A stretch of 50,795 bases of DNA from Gammaproteobacteria bacterium (GCA_022014175.1 JAKLLR010000002.1:1-50795), one strand, 5' to 3'; positions 38,059 to 48,066 are shown, counted from the stretch's first letter. A program made the numbers and translations. The notes: generated from the sequence alone by a model not told the origin.

Positions 38059-39054
38059 TTAGTCTGGAGCGGGCCGTTCGATTTCGAAGCTGCCCCGGAG
38101 CTCTGTGCTCTCCCCAGGTACTGAGAAACGGATATCTCCCGGGACTCGACCATCCGTTGGAGTCCCCAGTTTCAGAGTCAGGTCGTAGTCCCGGGTTAGC
38201 ACCCTGGTGTCGATTTTGCCGGACTGAGGATCGCGCCAACGGTAGTGTATATGGGGGTTGTTGAAGCCGCCGGCTGCCGCTTCCACCGTGATGGTACGGT
38301 CGGCGGGTAACTCGTTTTCGTCCAGAAAGAGAAACAGCAGTAAACTCGGGTTGGAGCCCCAGCCGTTGCCACTATAGATCGCCAGGGTGTTGTTCCACTC
38401 CACCCGGGTCAACGCCACCGGCGTGCCCTGGATGGTCCCGCTGACCTGGGCAGACGACACCTCTGGGGGCCGCCAGGGGGCCGCAGGCGTAGCGGGCTCG
38501 GAAACAGGTGCGACCTCACTCAGCCCCTCGGAGAGGCCGTCGACCATGCTCTGCAGACCCTCTGCCATGGCCTCCCCGAGGCCTTCCATCGCTTGCTGCA
38601 TGCCGCTGGCAATGGCCTGACCCGTGGCGCCCATGGCCACCTGCAGTGCGGCACCCATCATGTTCTGGTTGGTCCGATCCGGTGCGACTCGCCACTCTCC
38701 ATCCTCCTTGACCAGTTGGGTACCAAAGGTCACCTCGAGTGGTTTGTTCCCATCCGTACCACCCGATGTCTCCATTCGGGCCGAGACTATGGTCACGACG
38801 CTGGTCTGGTTACCGTCGGCGATCTCTTCGCCAAACCGGATCGCTTCGATTTTCCCCGTGTCAATCTTCATATCCCTCCTAAAGTTGGATTGGGGCGCTG
38901 CTTCAGCCCGGGCGGTGAGCGCGGTGGCGGCCACTTCATCACCGGCCAGAATCGCGGCCCAGTAGGCTTCGGCAACCTCCGAAGGGGTGTCGGCCTGGGT
39001 GCTGCAGCCTGCCAGGGACAGAAGCAGAGTTAAAGTCAGCAAACGGATGATCAT
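38059..39054 (-). CDS. Hypothetical lipoprotein: DUF4878-like N-terminal domain, Met/Ala/Gly-rich helical linker, unknown C-terminal domain
   Basis: Lipobox LSLAGCS after MIIRLLTLTLL (ATG 39054 preferred; ATG 39090 is also possible). I recognise no catalytic motif. Confidence 0.6.
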   Translation of the reverse strand: MIIRLLTLTLLLSLAGCSTQADTPSEVAEAYWAAILAGDEVAATALTARAEAAPQSNFRRDMKIDTGKIEAIRFGEEIADGNQTSVVTIVSARMETSGGTDGNKPLEVTFGTQLVKEDGEWRVAPDRTNQNMMGAALQVAMGATGQAIASGMQQAMEGLGEAMAEGLQSMVDGLSEGLSEVAPVSEPATPAAPWRPPEVSSAQVSGTIQGTPVALTRVEWNNTLAIYSGNGWGSNPSLLLFLFLDENELPADRTITVEAAAGGFNNPHIHYRWRDPQSGKIDTRVLTRDYDLTLKLGTPTDGRVPGDIRFSVPGESTELRGSFEIERPAPD

Positions 39055-39230
39055 CTCTACAGTGCAGTTGGGGCCATGTGGTGAGCGCATTGTACCGGGC
39101 TGACGAGGCCGTCGCCGGGTACTCCTGGTCGCAATACAATCGTCACCAAACTGCTTGTTTTGTTATGGGCGGCACTTGGCTTGGCCACTCCACTCAGTTT
39201 CAGCAGTTAAGGTGACAAAGTGAAACAGTT

Positions 39231-40799
39231 ATGAAGTTTGCACACGATAGATTAGTGATCGGAGTTAGTCTGATGTTGGCCTGTGGTTTGGCCATCGCGG
39301 AAGAGACGCCGGAGAGTTGGTATGAAGATGGCCAGGCTCAGGTTGAACGGAACCGAGAGATAGCCAGGAAGGCGGCGAAGAATACGGAGAAGAGAGCCAA
39401 AAATGTGATTCTGTTCGTCGGTGACGGCATGGGGGTCTCCACCGTGACCGCTGCCCGGATTTACGAAGGGCAGACCCTGGGGAAGACGGGTGAAGAGCAC
39501 GAACTCTTCTTTGAGACCTTTCCCAACATCGCCCTCTCCAAGGTCTACAACACCAATCAGCAGACCCCGGACTCCGCTGGCACCATGACTGCGATGATGA
39601 CCGGGGTGAAGAGCAAGGCGGGCATCATAAGTGTGAATCAGTACGCCACCCGGGGTGACTGCGGCAGCCAGACAGGCAACGAACTCACCACCTTTCTAGA
39701 GCAGGCCGAGATGGCTGGCCTCTCTACCGGAGTTGTGAGCACTGCTCGTCTGACCCACGCGACCCCCGCTGCAACCTACGCCCATGTCATGGATCGCAAC
39801 TTCGAAGATGATCGGGATGCCTCCAAATTCGCCAATCCCGGTAGCTGCAAGGATATCGCCAGCCAACTGATTGACTTCCCCCATGGTGATGGTATCGAGG
39901 TCGCCATGGGTGGCGGGCGTCGCAGCTTTATCCAGCGGATTGAGGGTGCCGACCCGGAGACTGGCGGCAAAGGTGAGCGTCTGGATGGTCGTGACCTGAC
40001 TGCGGAGTGGGCTGCCAGGCCAGGGGCTGAATACGTCTGGAACCGGGCCGGGTTTGATGGGATTGATCCGGAGAGTACCAGCCATCTGCTGGGGCTCTTC
40101 GAGAGTTCCCATATGGAGTACGAGCTGGATCGTGGCATCGATCTCGGCGGCGAGCCGTCGCTGAGCGAGATGACCACCAAGGCCATCGAGATTCTTGATA
40201 ACAATGAAGAGGGTTTCTTCCTCCACGTCGAGAGCGGCCGGATTGATCACGCCCATCACGCCACCAACCCCAAACGGGCGCTGGAGGATGCGGTTGAGTT
40301 CGCTGCCGCGGTCAGGACCGCGTATGAGAATACCGATCCGGAGGAGACCCTGATTATCGTCACGGCGGATCACAGCCATGTCTTCACCATGGCTGGTTAC
40401 CCCACCCGGGGCAATCCGATTCTGGGCAAGGTGGTGGCTAACGACAGCGCTGGCAATCCAAAAGATGAATTCGAGCTGGCCGAAGACCAGATGCCCTACA
40501 CCACCCTGGGTTACCAGAATGGTCGCCGCTTGGCTGAACCGCCCGGCGCCGCTACGGCCGATGCAATTGACCACAAGTCGATCAATATGTCTGGCCGTGC
40601 CGATCTGGTCGGGGTGGATACCGAAGAGGAAGGCTTCCACTCTGAAACCCTGGTACCGCTGGGTTCCGAGACTCATGGGGGCGAAGATGTCGCCATCTAC
40701 GCCACCGGTCCGGGGTCATCGTTGGTCAACGGGGTGATGGAGCAGAACGCCATCTACCACGTGATGAAGCGGGCGAGCCGTCTCTCTGAAGAGGAGTGA
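39231..40799 (+). CDS. phoA: Alkaline phosphatase (PhoA family), secreted
   Basis: Signal peptide ending AIA/EE, FVGDGMGVSTVTAARI metal site, catalytic Ser motif TPDSAGTMTAM, and DHAHH and DHSH metal ligands. Confidence 0.9.
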   Translation: MKFAHDRLVIGVSLMLACGLAIAEETPESWYEDGQAQVERNREIARKAAKNTEKRAKNVILFVGDGMGVSTVTAARIYEGQTLGKTGEEHELFFETFPNIALSKVYNTNQQTPDSAGTMTAMMTGVKSKAGIISVNQYATRGDCGSQTGNELTTFLEQAEMAGLSTGVVSTARLTHATPAATYAHVMDRNFEDDRDASKFANPGSCKDIASQLIDFPHGDGIEVAMGGGRRSFIQRIEGADPETGGKGERLDGRDLTAEWAARPGAEYVWNRAGFDGIDPESTSHLLGLFESSHMEYELDRGIDLGGEPSLSEMTTKAIEILDNNEEGFFLHVESGRIDHAHHATNPKRALEDAVEFAAAVRTAYENTDPEETLIIVTADHSHVFTMAGYPTRGNPILGKVVANDSAGNPKDEFELAEDQMPYTTLGYQNGRRLAEPPGAATADAIDHKSINMSGRADLVGVDTEEEGFHSETLVPLGSETHGGEDVAIYATGPGSSLVNGVMEQNAIYHVMKRASRLSEEE

Positions 40800-40832
40800 G
40801 GGGCGAGGGCCCGCGGTGTTTCACAGGGAGAG

Positions 40833-40855
40833 AGGGGTACTGGTTGCCCCTTTTT
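40833..40855 (+). terminator. Weak candidate intrinsic terminator after the alkaline phosphatase gene
   Basis: AGGGG-tactggttg-CCCCT followed by a T5 run. The stem is only 5 bp, so confidence is low. Confidence 0.3.
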
Positions 40856-41078
40856 CCGGCTTTACGGGGGAAAAGGGTGGTTAAACAGACAGTAAGGGGG
40901 GGCGCTATGGCTAATTCTGTTCCGGATTCTGAACGCCGCCCGCGGCTCCTCCCAAGCTCGCCCGGTGGTCAGAGGGCGGTGCATTGTCAGGGCTCCAAAC
41001 TTATCCACTCCGCGTATTAATCTCGGGATCTACCCCGGGGGTTCGAACACGGATTCGTTAACCTGGATCCAGAGCGCA

Positions 41079-41951
41079 CTATCTCAGCAGCAGGGTCGGG
41101 ATCTTCGACGAACGGAGCAAATCAGAGGTTTTGCTGCCCAACAGCAGGCTGCGCAGGGGAGAGTGGTTGTAGGCCCCCATAATCAGCAGGTCGATGGCCT
41201 GTTCTTGCATCGCGTTGGCGATAACGCTCTCGGCGTCGCCGGGGATCAGTGCAACGGTGGTATCAAACTCCGCAGCCCGCAGTTTGGCGGCGGCCCACTC
41301 CAGCTGGGTTGAAGCGTTAGCATTTTTTCGGCCGGACATCAGCAGATAGATCGGCATGTCACGGAACAGGGGGCTGCCAGCGACCAGCTCGACCCCCCGG
41401 CGGGTGGTGATGCCACCATCAAATGCGATCATCACTCGACGGGGTACCCGGAAACTTTCAGTGATTGCCAGAATCGGTTTGCGCAGCGCCCGCACAACCC
41501 GTTCAACGTTGCGACCAAGATCACGCTGGGTGTGCTCCGCGGATTTGCCCCGGCGTCCCAGAACCAGTAGCCGAACCCCCGTCTCCTGTTCGACCAGGGT
41601 CTCCTCCAGTTCACCGTGACGCTGACGCACATCCACCGATGGCGCGCCGGCGGCGAGGGCCCGCTCTCGTAGCTCGTTGAGAAAAATCCGACCCTGTTCA
41701 CGGGCAGCTCTGGCCCGGGCCTCATCTTCATCCGAAAGGCGGGAGAGCAGCTTTTCCTGGGCGTTGATGCCGATGGCGCCACTGTGATCCTCGCCGGACC
41801 CCTTTTCCGGGTGACGATCAATGATGTGCAGCAGCTCCAGGGGCGCGTTCATTCTCTGCGCAGCCCAGGCGGCGTAATCCACCACGTACTCCGCAAACCG
41901 GGAGCGGTCGACACAGGCCAATACCTTGTTCTCGTTGTTCATCGCCAGCAC
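41079..41951 (-). CDS. Tandem-domain universal stress protein (UspE-like)
   Basis: Two USP domains, each ending with the G-x2-G-x9-G(S/T) type motif (LVLGRRGKS..., LLIMGAYNHSPLRSLLLGSKTSDLL). Confidence 0.85.
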   Translation of the reverse strand: MLAMNNENKVLACVDRSRFAEYVVDYAAWAAQRMNAPLELLHIIDRHPEKGSGEDHSGAIGINAQEKLLSRLSDEDEARARAAREQGRIFLNELRERALAAGAPSVDVRQRHGELEETLVEQETGVRLLVLGRRGKSAEHTQRDLGRNVERVVRALRKPILAITESFRVPRRVMIAFDGGITTRRGVELVAGSPLFRDMPIYLLMSGRKNANASTQLEWAAAKLRAAEFDTTVALIPGDAESVIANAMQEQAIDLLIMGAYNHSPLRSLLLGSKTSDLLRSSKIPTLLLR

Positions 41952-41956
41952 CCCGT

Positions 41957-43432
41957 TCAGTGGCCCATGAGCTGTTCGACAGCATCGGGTTTATCGTGAA
42001 CCGCAAAGCGGTCCACCATGGTGGCGCTGGCTTCATTCAGGCCGATCACCTCCACTTCGGTGCCGTCGCGGCGGAACTTCACGACCGCCTTGTCGAGGGC
42101 GCTGATGGCGGTAATGTCCCAGAAATGGGCACGGCTCACATCGATACGAACCTTCTCGATCACCTCCTTGAAGTCGAAGGCATTGACGAAGGTATCTGCT
42201 GAGGCATAGAAGACCTGACCGGTAATGCGGTAGCTGCGCACCCGCCCTTCATCCTCCGACATTGAGCCGATATGCAGCACCTGGCCGACTTTATGGGCAA
42301 AGAAGAATCCAGAGAGCAGCACCCCGACCAGTACGCCCTTGGCCAGATCGTGGGTCGAAACTGTAACCACTACGGTGGCTAGCATCACCACGCTGGAGCT
42401 TTTCGGGTGGTCACCAAGGTTGCGGATCGACTCCCAGTTGAAGGTGCCGATGGAGACCATGATCATCACCGCCACCAGCGCCGCCATCGGGATACGGGCG
42501 ACCCAGTCACCGATAAATACCACCAGCAGCAGCAGAAACAGCCCCGCGGCCAGGGTCGAGAGCCGCCCCCTGCCGCCGGATTTCACGTTGATCACCGACT
42601 GGCCGATCATGGCGCAACCCGCCATGCCGCCGAGAAATCCGGTGGCGATGTTCGCCACACCCTGGCCGACGCACTCCCGCCGCTTGTTGCTGCTGGTGTC
42701 AGTCAGATCGTCCACCACCGAGGCGGTCATCATGGATTCCAGCAAGCCCACTGCCGCCAGGGTGGCGGCGACCGGCAGGATGATCCAGAGGGTCTCCAGA
42801 TTAAGGGGGATATCCGGCAGCAGGAATATCGGCAGGCTGTCCGGCAGCTGGCCCATATCACCGACGGTGCGAATGTCCAGATTCAGGCCGAGGGCGGCAG
42901 CCGTCAACACCCCGATGGCCACGAGCGGTGAGGGCACTGACCGGGTGATGTAGGGGAACAGATAGATGATGCCCAAACCACCGGCCACCATGGCGTAAAC
43001 CACCCAGCTGACGTGGGTCAGCTCGGGCAGCTGCGCCATAAAAATCAGAATCGCCAGGGCGTTGACAAAACCGGTGATCACCGAGCGGGAGACAAATCTC
43101 ATCAGCCGGGCCAGTTGCAGCCAGCCGCCGATCATCTGTAGGCCACCGGTCAGAATCGTCGCTGCCAGCAGGTATTGCAGACCATGCTCCTTTACCAGCG
43201 TCACCATCACTAGTGCCATGGCTGCCGTCGCGGCGGAGATCATGCCGGGTCGCCCCCCCATAAACGCGGTCACCGTGGCGATAGAAAAGGAGGCGTAGAG
43301 TCCGACTTTGGGGTCGACTCCGGCGATAATCGAAAAGGCGATGGCTTCGGGTATCAGGGCCAACGCCACCACCAGCCCCGCGAGCAGGTCATTGCGGGTG
43401 TTCGAGAGCCAGTCCTGGCGCAGAGATTTCAT
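41957..43432 (-). CDS. SulP-family anion transporter with C-terminal STAS domain
   Basis: Start taken at ATG 43432 ([34 protein letters not shown]), polytopic core, STAS-like C-terminus ([15 protein letters not shown]...). The track ORF is 35 codons longer. Confidence 0.9.
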   Translation of the reverse strand: MKSLRQDWLSNTRNDLLAGLVVALALIPEAIAFSIIAGVDPKVGLYASFSIATVTAFMGGRPGMISAATAAMALVMVTLVKEHGLQYLLAATILTGGLQMIGGWLQLARLMRFVSRSVITGFVNALAILIFMAQLPELTHVSWVVYAMVAGGLGIIYLFPYITRSVPSPLVAIGVLTAAALGLNLDIRTVGDMGQLPDSLPIFLLPDIPLNLETLWIILPVAATLAAVGLLESMMTASVVDDLTDTSSNKRRECVGQGVANIATGFLGGMAGCAMIGQSVINVKSGGRGRLSTLAAGLFLLLLVVFIGDWVARIPMAALVAVMIMVSIGTFNWESIRNLGDHPKSSSVVMLATVVVTVSTHDLAKGVLVGVLLSGFFFAHKVGQVLHIGSMSEDEGRVRSYRITGQVFYASADTFVNAFDFKEVIEKVRIDVSRAHFWDITAISALDKAVVKFRRDGTEVEVIGLNEASATMVDRFAVHDKPDAVEQLMGH

Positions 43433-43861
43433 GTGGAGTCCATTGTGTCGTTGGTAACTGCCTGGCGGACCGGTGCCACCCATTACCCTCAAGTCGATCC
43501 GGCGACTTGGACCGAGCCAAAGGTGATGAGACGTCAACCGGTCAGGCGTTATTGAGCCGGGGGCATTTGCGGGTTACTGGGATTGCGGGGTGGGGTTCCG
43601 GCAGGTCAGGACGAGTGCTGAAAATGGCCGGTACAGGCCGTCAATCCGATACGCGATAGGAGGCGTATTCTATGGCGTTTCCCGGGTATCAGCAATCTCA
43701 CCTGGCTGGTCCGGGTGAGTGGGCATCCCGGCCTGGTTATGGGGGGTTAAGGATGACGTGGCGACAAAAAACGACCGGTCTAATCTGCCACGCGCGTATC
43801 TGAGCAGCCGATCAACCGCTAGAATAGGTCGTTTACTCCTAGCCTGTTGCGGGAACCCAGC

Positions 43862-44755
43862 ATGGATAAGATCAACGCTTTCCTGGACAGGCTTTACCTG
43901 TTTTTAGACACAGAGATTAAGTGGGGCGACGTCTCCCTGAGTCTGGGTGAGCTGCTGCTCGCGCCCTTGATTTTTCTACTGGGCCTGGTTGTCGTGGGTC
44001 GGCTGGCCCACCATTTGCGGGTACGGCTGAATCGCCGCGAGATCGACGCTGACCTGGTCCAGCTGATCGTCCGTGCGTTCAATATTGCTGCCCTGATCAT
44101 TGTCGGTTTGACCGCACTGGAGGTGATGAATGTGCCGCTCACCGCGTTTGCTTTTATCTCCGGTGCTGTGGCCATTGGTATCGGTTTTGGTGCCCAGAAC
44201 ATCATTAACAACTTCATCAGCGGCTGGATTCTGATGTGGGAGCGGCCGATCCGCATCGGTGATTTTCTCGAGGTTGCGGATGCCCGGGGCCGGGTCGAGG
44301 CGATCAATGCCCGATCGACCCGTATTCGTCGGATCGATGGTGTACATATGCTGATTCCCAACAGCCAGTTGCTGGAAAATACCGTGGTCAACTGGACACT
44401 GATCGATAATCTGGCCCGCAGTGAAGTCAAGGTCGGTGTGGCCTATGGCTCTCCGGTGAAGCAGGTGGCGGAGCTGTTCCAGAGGGTTATGGAGGGCCAT
44501 CCGGACGTCCTCGCCGAGCCAGCACCCGTGGTGTTTTTTGAGGACTTTGGCGACAGCGCCCTGCTGTTTGGGGGCTATTTCTGGGTCAATGCAAACACCG
44601 AACGAGATCTGCGTAAGATTCGCAGTGACCTGCGTTTTGAAATAGACGAGATCTTCAGCGACAACCAGATCGTGATTGCCTTCCCGCAGCGAGACGTGCA
44701 TCTGAATGGCGCCCTGACCATCAGGCACCCAGATGAGGTGAAACCCGCCGACTAG
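43862..44755 (+). CDS. Small-conductance mechanosensitive channel (MscS family)
   Basis: Three N-terminal TM helices, then the MscS beta-domain pattern (FGAQNIINNFISGWILMWERPIRIGDFLEV ... VEAINARSTRIRRIDG). Confidence 0.85.
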   Translation: MDKINAFLDRLYLFLDTEIKWGDVSLSLGELLLAPLIFLLGLVVVGRLAHHLRVRLNRREIDADLVQLIVRAFNIAALIIVGLTALEVMNVPLTAFAFISGAVAIGIGFGAQNIINNFISGWILMWERPIRIGDFLEVADARGRVEAINARSTRIRRIDGVHMLIPNSQLLENTVVNWTLIDNLARSEVKVGVAYGSPVKQVAELFQRVMEGHPDVLAEPAPVVFFEDFGDSALLFGGYFWVNANTERDLRKIRSDLRFEIDEIFSDNQIVIAFPQRDVHLNGALTIRHPDEVKPAD

Positions 44756-44771
44756 TGCTCGCAGGTGGCGG

Positions 44772-45752
44772 CTAGAACCAGCGCTTCCATTTGAGCAGGC
44801 TGAGCACCAACACCACAGTCGAGATGGTGATCACCGCCACCGCAGCAAACCCCAGGCGGGTGTCGGTGCCGGGCAGGCCGCCCACGTTCATGCCGAATAC
44901 ACCGGTTAGAAAGGTAATTGGCAAAAACACCGCCGTGATTATCGCTAGCACGTACATCCGACTGTTTTGCTGCTCTGCGATCATGTTAAGCAGTTGCTCC
45001 TGCAGCACAATCGCCTGCTCACGCAGCAGATCCAGATCCTCGACGTAGCGGGTCAGCCGGTCGGAAAGCTCCCGCACCCGAAAGGTCTGCTCTTCAGCCA
45101 TATATTGCCGGATAATGCGGGAAAACTGCTCCATCGCATCCCGCTGCGGTGCCAGATAACGCCTTACTGATGCCGCCTGGCGACGCAGCGCCGCCACCTG
45201 CCCGCGGAGCTCAGCGGGCCGACCGGTTTCGCTCAGGGCCTCAAGCTGGTCCATGCGTTCTTCCAGCCGGTCAACAAAGAGGGCAGCCCGCTCGGTCAGG
45301 CCTTCGATGATCTGCAGCACCAGTTCACCGAGGTCGCGTGGACCTCTCCCCGCCTCCAGCAGGTGGAGCACCTCCTGGACTGAAAAAACCCTGCGCTGGC
45401 GTATGGTGACGATCCGGTCTGATTCAATCCAGATTCGCAGCGAGACCATATCCTCCGGGTCCGCTCCGGGATTGATGTTAATCGCCCTCAGGGAGAGCAG
45501 CAGACCCTGGTCGAAGTGGATTGACCTGGGGCGCGTGTCGGTTCGTATCAGGCTCTCGACGGCGGCTGCGTCAATCCCCAGTGCGGTGAGTGTGTTCTCC
45601 GCCTCGGGATCGGAGTAGTCCAGATGAAACCACTGGGGCTGCCCCCGCTCTGCTGGATCAGTGATCGCGGTCACACCCCCCCGTCCGTCCAGTTGAAAGG
45701 CGTGCAGGAACATCTCCAGCTGGGAGCTTGGGGTCTGTTCAGATGGTTCCAT
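44772..45752 (-). CDS. zntB: Zinc transporter ZntB (CorA superfamily)
   Basis: LDGRGG, WFHLDY and RRYLAPQRD motifs, plus C-terminal FLPITFLTGVFGMNVGGLPG, closely paralleling E. coli ZntB. Confidence 0.87.
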   Translation of the reverse strand: MEPSEQTPSSQLEMFLHAFQLDGRGGVTAITDPAERGQPQWFHLDYSDPEAENTLTALGIDAAAVESLIRTDTRPRSIHFDQGLLLSLRAININPGADPEDMVSLRIWIESDRIVTIRQRRVFSVQEVLHLLEAGRGPRDLGELVLQIIEGLTERAALFVDRLEERMDQLEALSETGRPAELRGQVAALRRQAASVRRYLAPQRDAMEQFSRIIRQYMAEEQTFRVRELSDRLTRYVEDLDLLREQAIVLQEQLLNMIAEQQNSRMYVLAIITAVFLPITFLTGVFGMNVGGLPGTDTRLGFAAVAVITISTVVLVLSLLKWKRWF

Positions 45753-45884
45753 AGGCGATTGTGTTACGGTGGGTTGAACGAACTGGCAGGTTAATGTTGG
45801 GTCAGATCAGCCGCTGTTGGCCTTGTCTGGGTGAGTATGGCGGCCAGTATGCCAGCATGGCTAAAAATTGACCCGGTTCAAAGA

Positions 45885-45913
45885 TTGTACTTGCGTTGGA
45901 CTGGGCCTAGAAT
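45885..45913 (+). promoter_or_regulatory. Putative sigma70 promoter for speA
   Basis: TTGTAC (45885-45890), a 17-nt spacer, then TAGAAT (45908-45913). It would give a leader of roughly 210 nt. Confidence 0.3.
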
Positions 45914-46131
45914 CGCGCCCCCGCGGAGTCTCTGCTGCAGCTTTACAGGCGGGATCCGGCGGCTTCGGCCAGCTCTCCCGGGGTCGGGCTGGTCACAGGG
46001 GGTGGTTGCTTCAGTGTGGGTGGATTCTTTGGTCTGAGGGAGGGTGGTTTAATGGGGCACTACAGACAGTATCCATGGCAGTGCATGGTGTCTCCGGCCG
46101 ACAATTTAATGATGAATGCCGGGAGCAACGG

Positions 46132-48066
46132 ATGAATCGCCTAGATACGCCCGCTGAGTCATTTGCCCAGGGCTGGAGCCCCGCGCAGAGCGCCGATCTC
46201 TACGGCATCAATGCCTGGGGCGATGGTCACTACGGGGTAGGGGCTAACGGTGATCTGCTGGTCAGGGCCAATGGTACGCCGGATAGCGCCAGTGTTTCGG
46301 TGATGGATATCGTCCGTGGCATGGCCGCGCGCGGGCTGGACATGCCCGTCGTGCTGCGTATTGAAAACCTGCTCGATAACAGCATCAAGGGGCTCAACGA
46401 GGCGTTCGCCGCCGCCATCGCCGAAGAGGGTTACAACAACCACTATCGGGGTGTGTTTCCGATCAAGGTTAACCAGCAGTGCCACGTGATTGAAGAGATT
46501 GCCGCGTTTGGTCGGCGCTATCATCACGGTTTTGAGGTCGGCAGCAAGGCCGAGCTGGTGGTGGCGCTCTCCCAGCTGCAGGACCACGACAGCCTGATCA
46601 TTTGCAATGGATTTAAAGATGCTGAATTCGTCGAGCTGGGGCTGTATGCGCGGCAGATCGGCGTCGACTGTTTCTTTGTGCTCGAAACCCCCAACGAGCT
46701 GCCCATCGTGCTGGAGCGCAGCCAGGCCCTTGGGGTTGAGCCGCTGCTGGGGGTGCGCATTAAGTCTGCCGTTACCGTCGATGGCCACTGGAAGGAAGAC
46801 CACAGCGACCGCTCCATTTTCGGCCTCGGCACCACTGCATTGCTGGGGGTGGTCGACCAGCTGCGTCAGGCCGGGATGCTGCACTGCCTGCAGCTGATGC
46901 ACTGCCACCTGGGCTCGCAAATCCCCAATATTCGCAACATTCGCAGCGGCGTGCTCGAAGCCTGCCGATTTTACGGCGGGCTGATCGAAGAGGGCGCCCC
47001 CATGGGTTATCTCGATCTGGGTGGTGGCCTGGCGGTGGATTACGAAGGTGCCCGCACCAACAGCACCCACAGCATGAACTACCGGTTACAGGAGTATTGT
47101 GTGTCGGTGGTGGCAACTATCCGCGAGAGTCTCGACCAGATGGAAGTTCCGCACCCGGTGATCGTCACCGAATCCGGCCGCGCCACCGTGGCGGACTCCT
47201 CCATGCTGCTGTTTAACGTGCTGGATGTCCGTGACCATCGACCCGGTGAGTTGCCTGCGCAGCTGCCAGCGGAGTGCCACGAGCTACTGGAACCCCTGTT
47301 TGCAGTGACCGGCCTGGTCACCCTTGAGAACTGCCAGGAGTGCTATAACGACGCCCTCTACTATCGGGACGAAATTCGGGAGCTGTTTCGCCACGGCCAG
47401 GCCAGCCTGCGTGACCGGGCCCTGGCGGAGAACATCGCCCTGGCCGTGCTTGATCAGATTCAGGGTTTGCTCAAGCAGGCTGAACGGGTGCCCCCGGAGC
47501 TGGAGAACCTCGCTGAATTGCTGTCCGATATCTACTACGGCAACTTCAGCCTGTTTCAGTCCCTGCCGGATATCTGGGCGATTGACCAGGTGTTTCCGGT
47601 GATGCCCATTCACCGGCTCGACGAGCGCCCCGAGCGCGAGGCGATCGTCGCCGATATCACCTGTGACCGTGATGGCAAGATCGACAGCTTCGCTTCTGTC
47701 GATGGCCCCCGTAAAACCCTACCGCTGCATCCGCTCAAATCGGGCGAGGAGTACTACCTGGGGGTCTTTCTGGTAGGGGCCTATCAGGAAACTCTGGGGG
47801 ATCTGCACAACCTGTTTGGCGATACCAACGTGGTCAGCGTGCGCATTAACGAGGACGGCAGTTTTCATTTCGTGCGCGAGTTCCACGGCGACTCCATCGC
47901 CGACGTGCTCACCTACGTGGAGTACAACCCGGCGATTATTCAGGAGCAGCTGCGGCGTATCGCCGAAGACGCGGTCAACGCCGGCAAGATTTCCGTCGCC
48001 ACCCGCCAGCAGATGCTCACCGCCTTTCGTGCCAGCCTCAACGGCTACACCTACTTCGAGCAGTAA
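46132..48066 (+). CDS. speA: Biosynthetic arginine decarboxylase
   Basis: Start taken at ATG 46132 (GGGAG 7 nt upstream). LYGINAWGDGHY N-terminus, PLP-lysine motif FPIKVNQQ, 644 aa. The in-frame upstream extension in the track is rejected. Confidence 0.95.
   Translation: MNRLDTPAESFAQGWSPAQSADLYGINAWGDGHYGVGANGDLLVRANGTPDSASVSVMDIVRGMAARGLDMPVVLRIENLLDNSIKGLNEAFAAAIAEEGYNNHYRGVFPIKVNQQCHVIEEIAAFGRRYHHGFEVGSKAELVVALSQLQDHDSLIICNGFKDAEFVELGLYARQIGVDCFFVLETPNELPIVLERSQALGVEPLLGVRIKSAVTVDGHWKEDHSDRSIFGLGTTALLGVVDQLRQAGMLHCLQLMHCHLGSQIPNIRNIRSGVLEACRFYGGLIEEGAPMGYLDLGGGLAVDYEGARTNSTHSMNYRLQEYCVSVVATIRESLDQMEVPHPVIVTESGRATVADSSMLLFNVLDVRDHRPGELPAQLPAECHELLEPLFAVTGLVTLENCQECYNDALYYRDEIRELFRHGQASLRDRALAENIALAVLDQIQGLLKQAERVPPELENLAELLSDIYYGNFSLFQSLPDIWAIDQVFPVMPIHRLDERPEREAIVADITCDRDGKIDSFASVDGPRKTLPLHPLKSGEEYYLGVFLVGAYQETLGDLHNLFGDTNVVSVRINEDGSFHFVREFHGDSIADVLTYVEYNPAIIQEQLRRIAEDAVNAGKISVATRQQMLTAFRASLNGYTYFEQ

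Noticed and set aside
39211-39228. Pho-box-like direct repeat (reverse strand CTGTTTC-ACTT-TGTCACC) upstream of phoA
   Set aside because: The match to CTGTCAT-n4-CTGTCAT is poor. The site also sits only 3-20 nt from the start codon, where a -35-replacing Pho box cannot function.
39696-40676. 326-aa ORF antisense to the alkaline phosphatase gene
   Set aside because: It is a shadow ORF; the sense strand encodes a complete PhoA with all catalytic motifs.
41039-41048. GGGTTCGAAC, reminiscent of a tRNA T-loop, in the phoA-usp intergenic region
   Set aside because: The flanking bases cannot form a T-stem, and no acceptor or anticodon arms can be drawn. It is not a tRNA or tmRNA.
43601-43610. GCAGGTCAGG, resembling part of the SRP (4.5S) RNA conserved domain
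   Set aside because: The rest of the 4.5S conserved hairpin (GGAAGGAAGCAGCC and its pairing partner) is absent.
45868-46131. In-frame 88-codon extension upstream of speA
   Set aside because: Homologous SpeA proteins begin near the MNRLDTPAE... position. ATG 46132 has a GGGAG ribosome-binding site. The extension starts at a TTG inside the putative promoter.
46159-47070. 303-aa ORF antisense to speA
   Set aside because: It is a shadow ORF in high-GC coding sequence.
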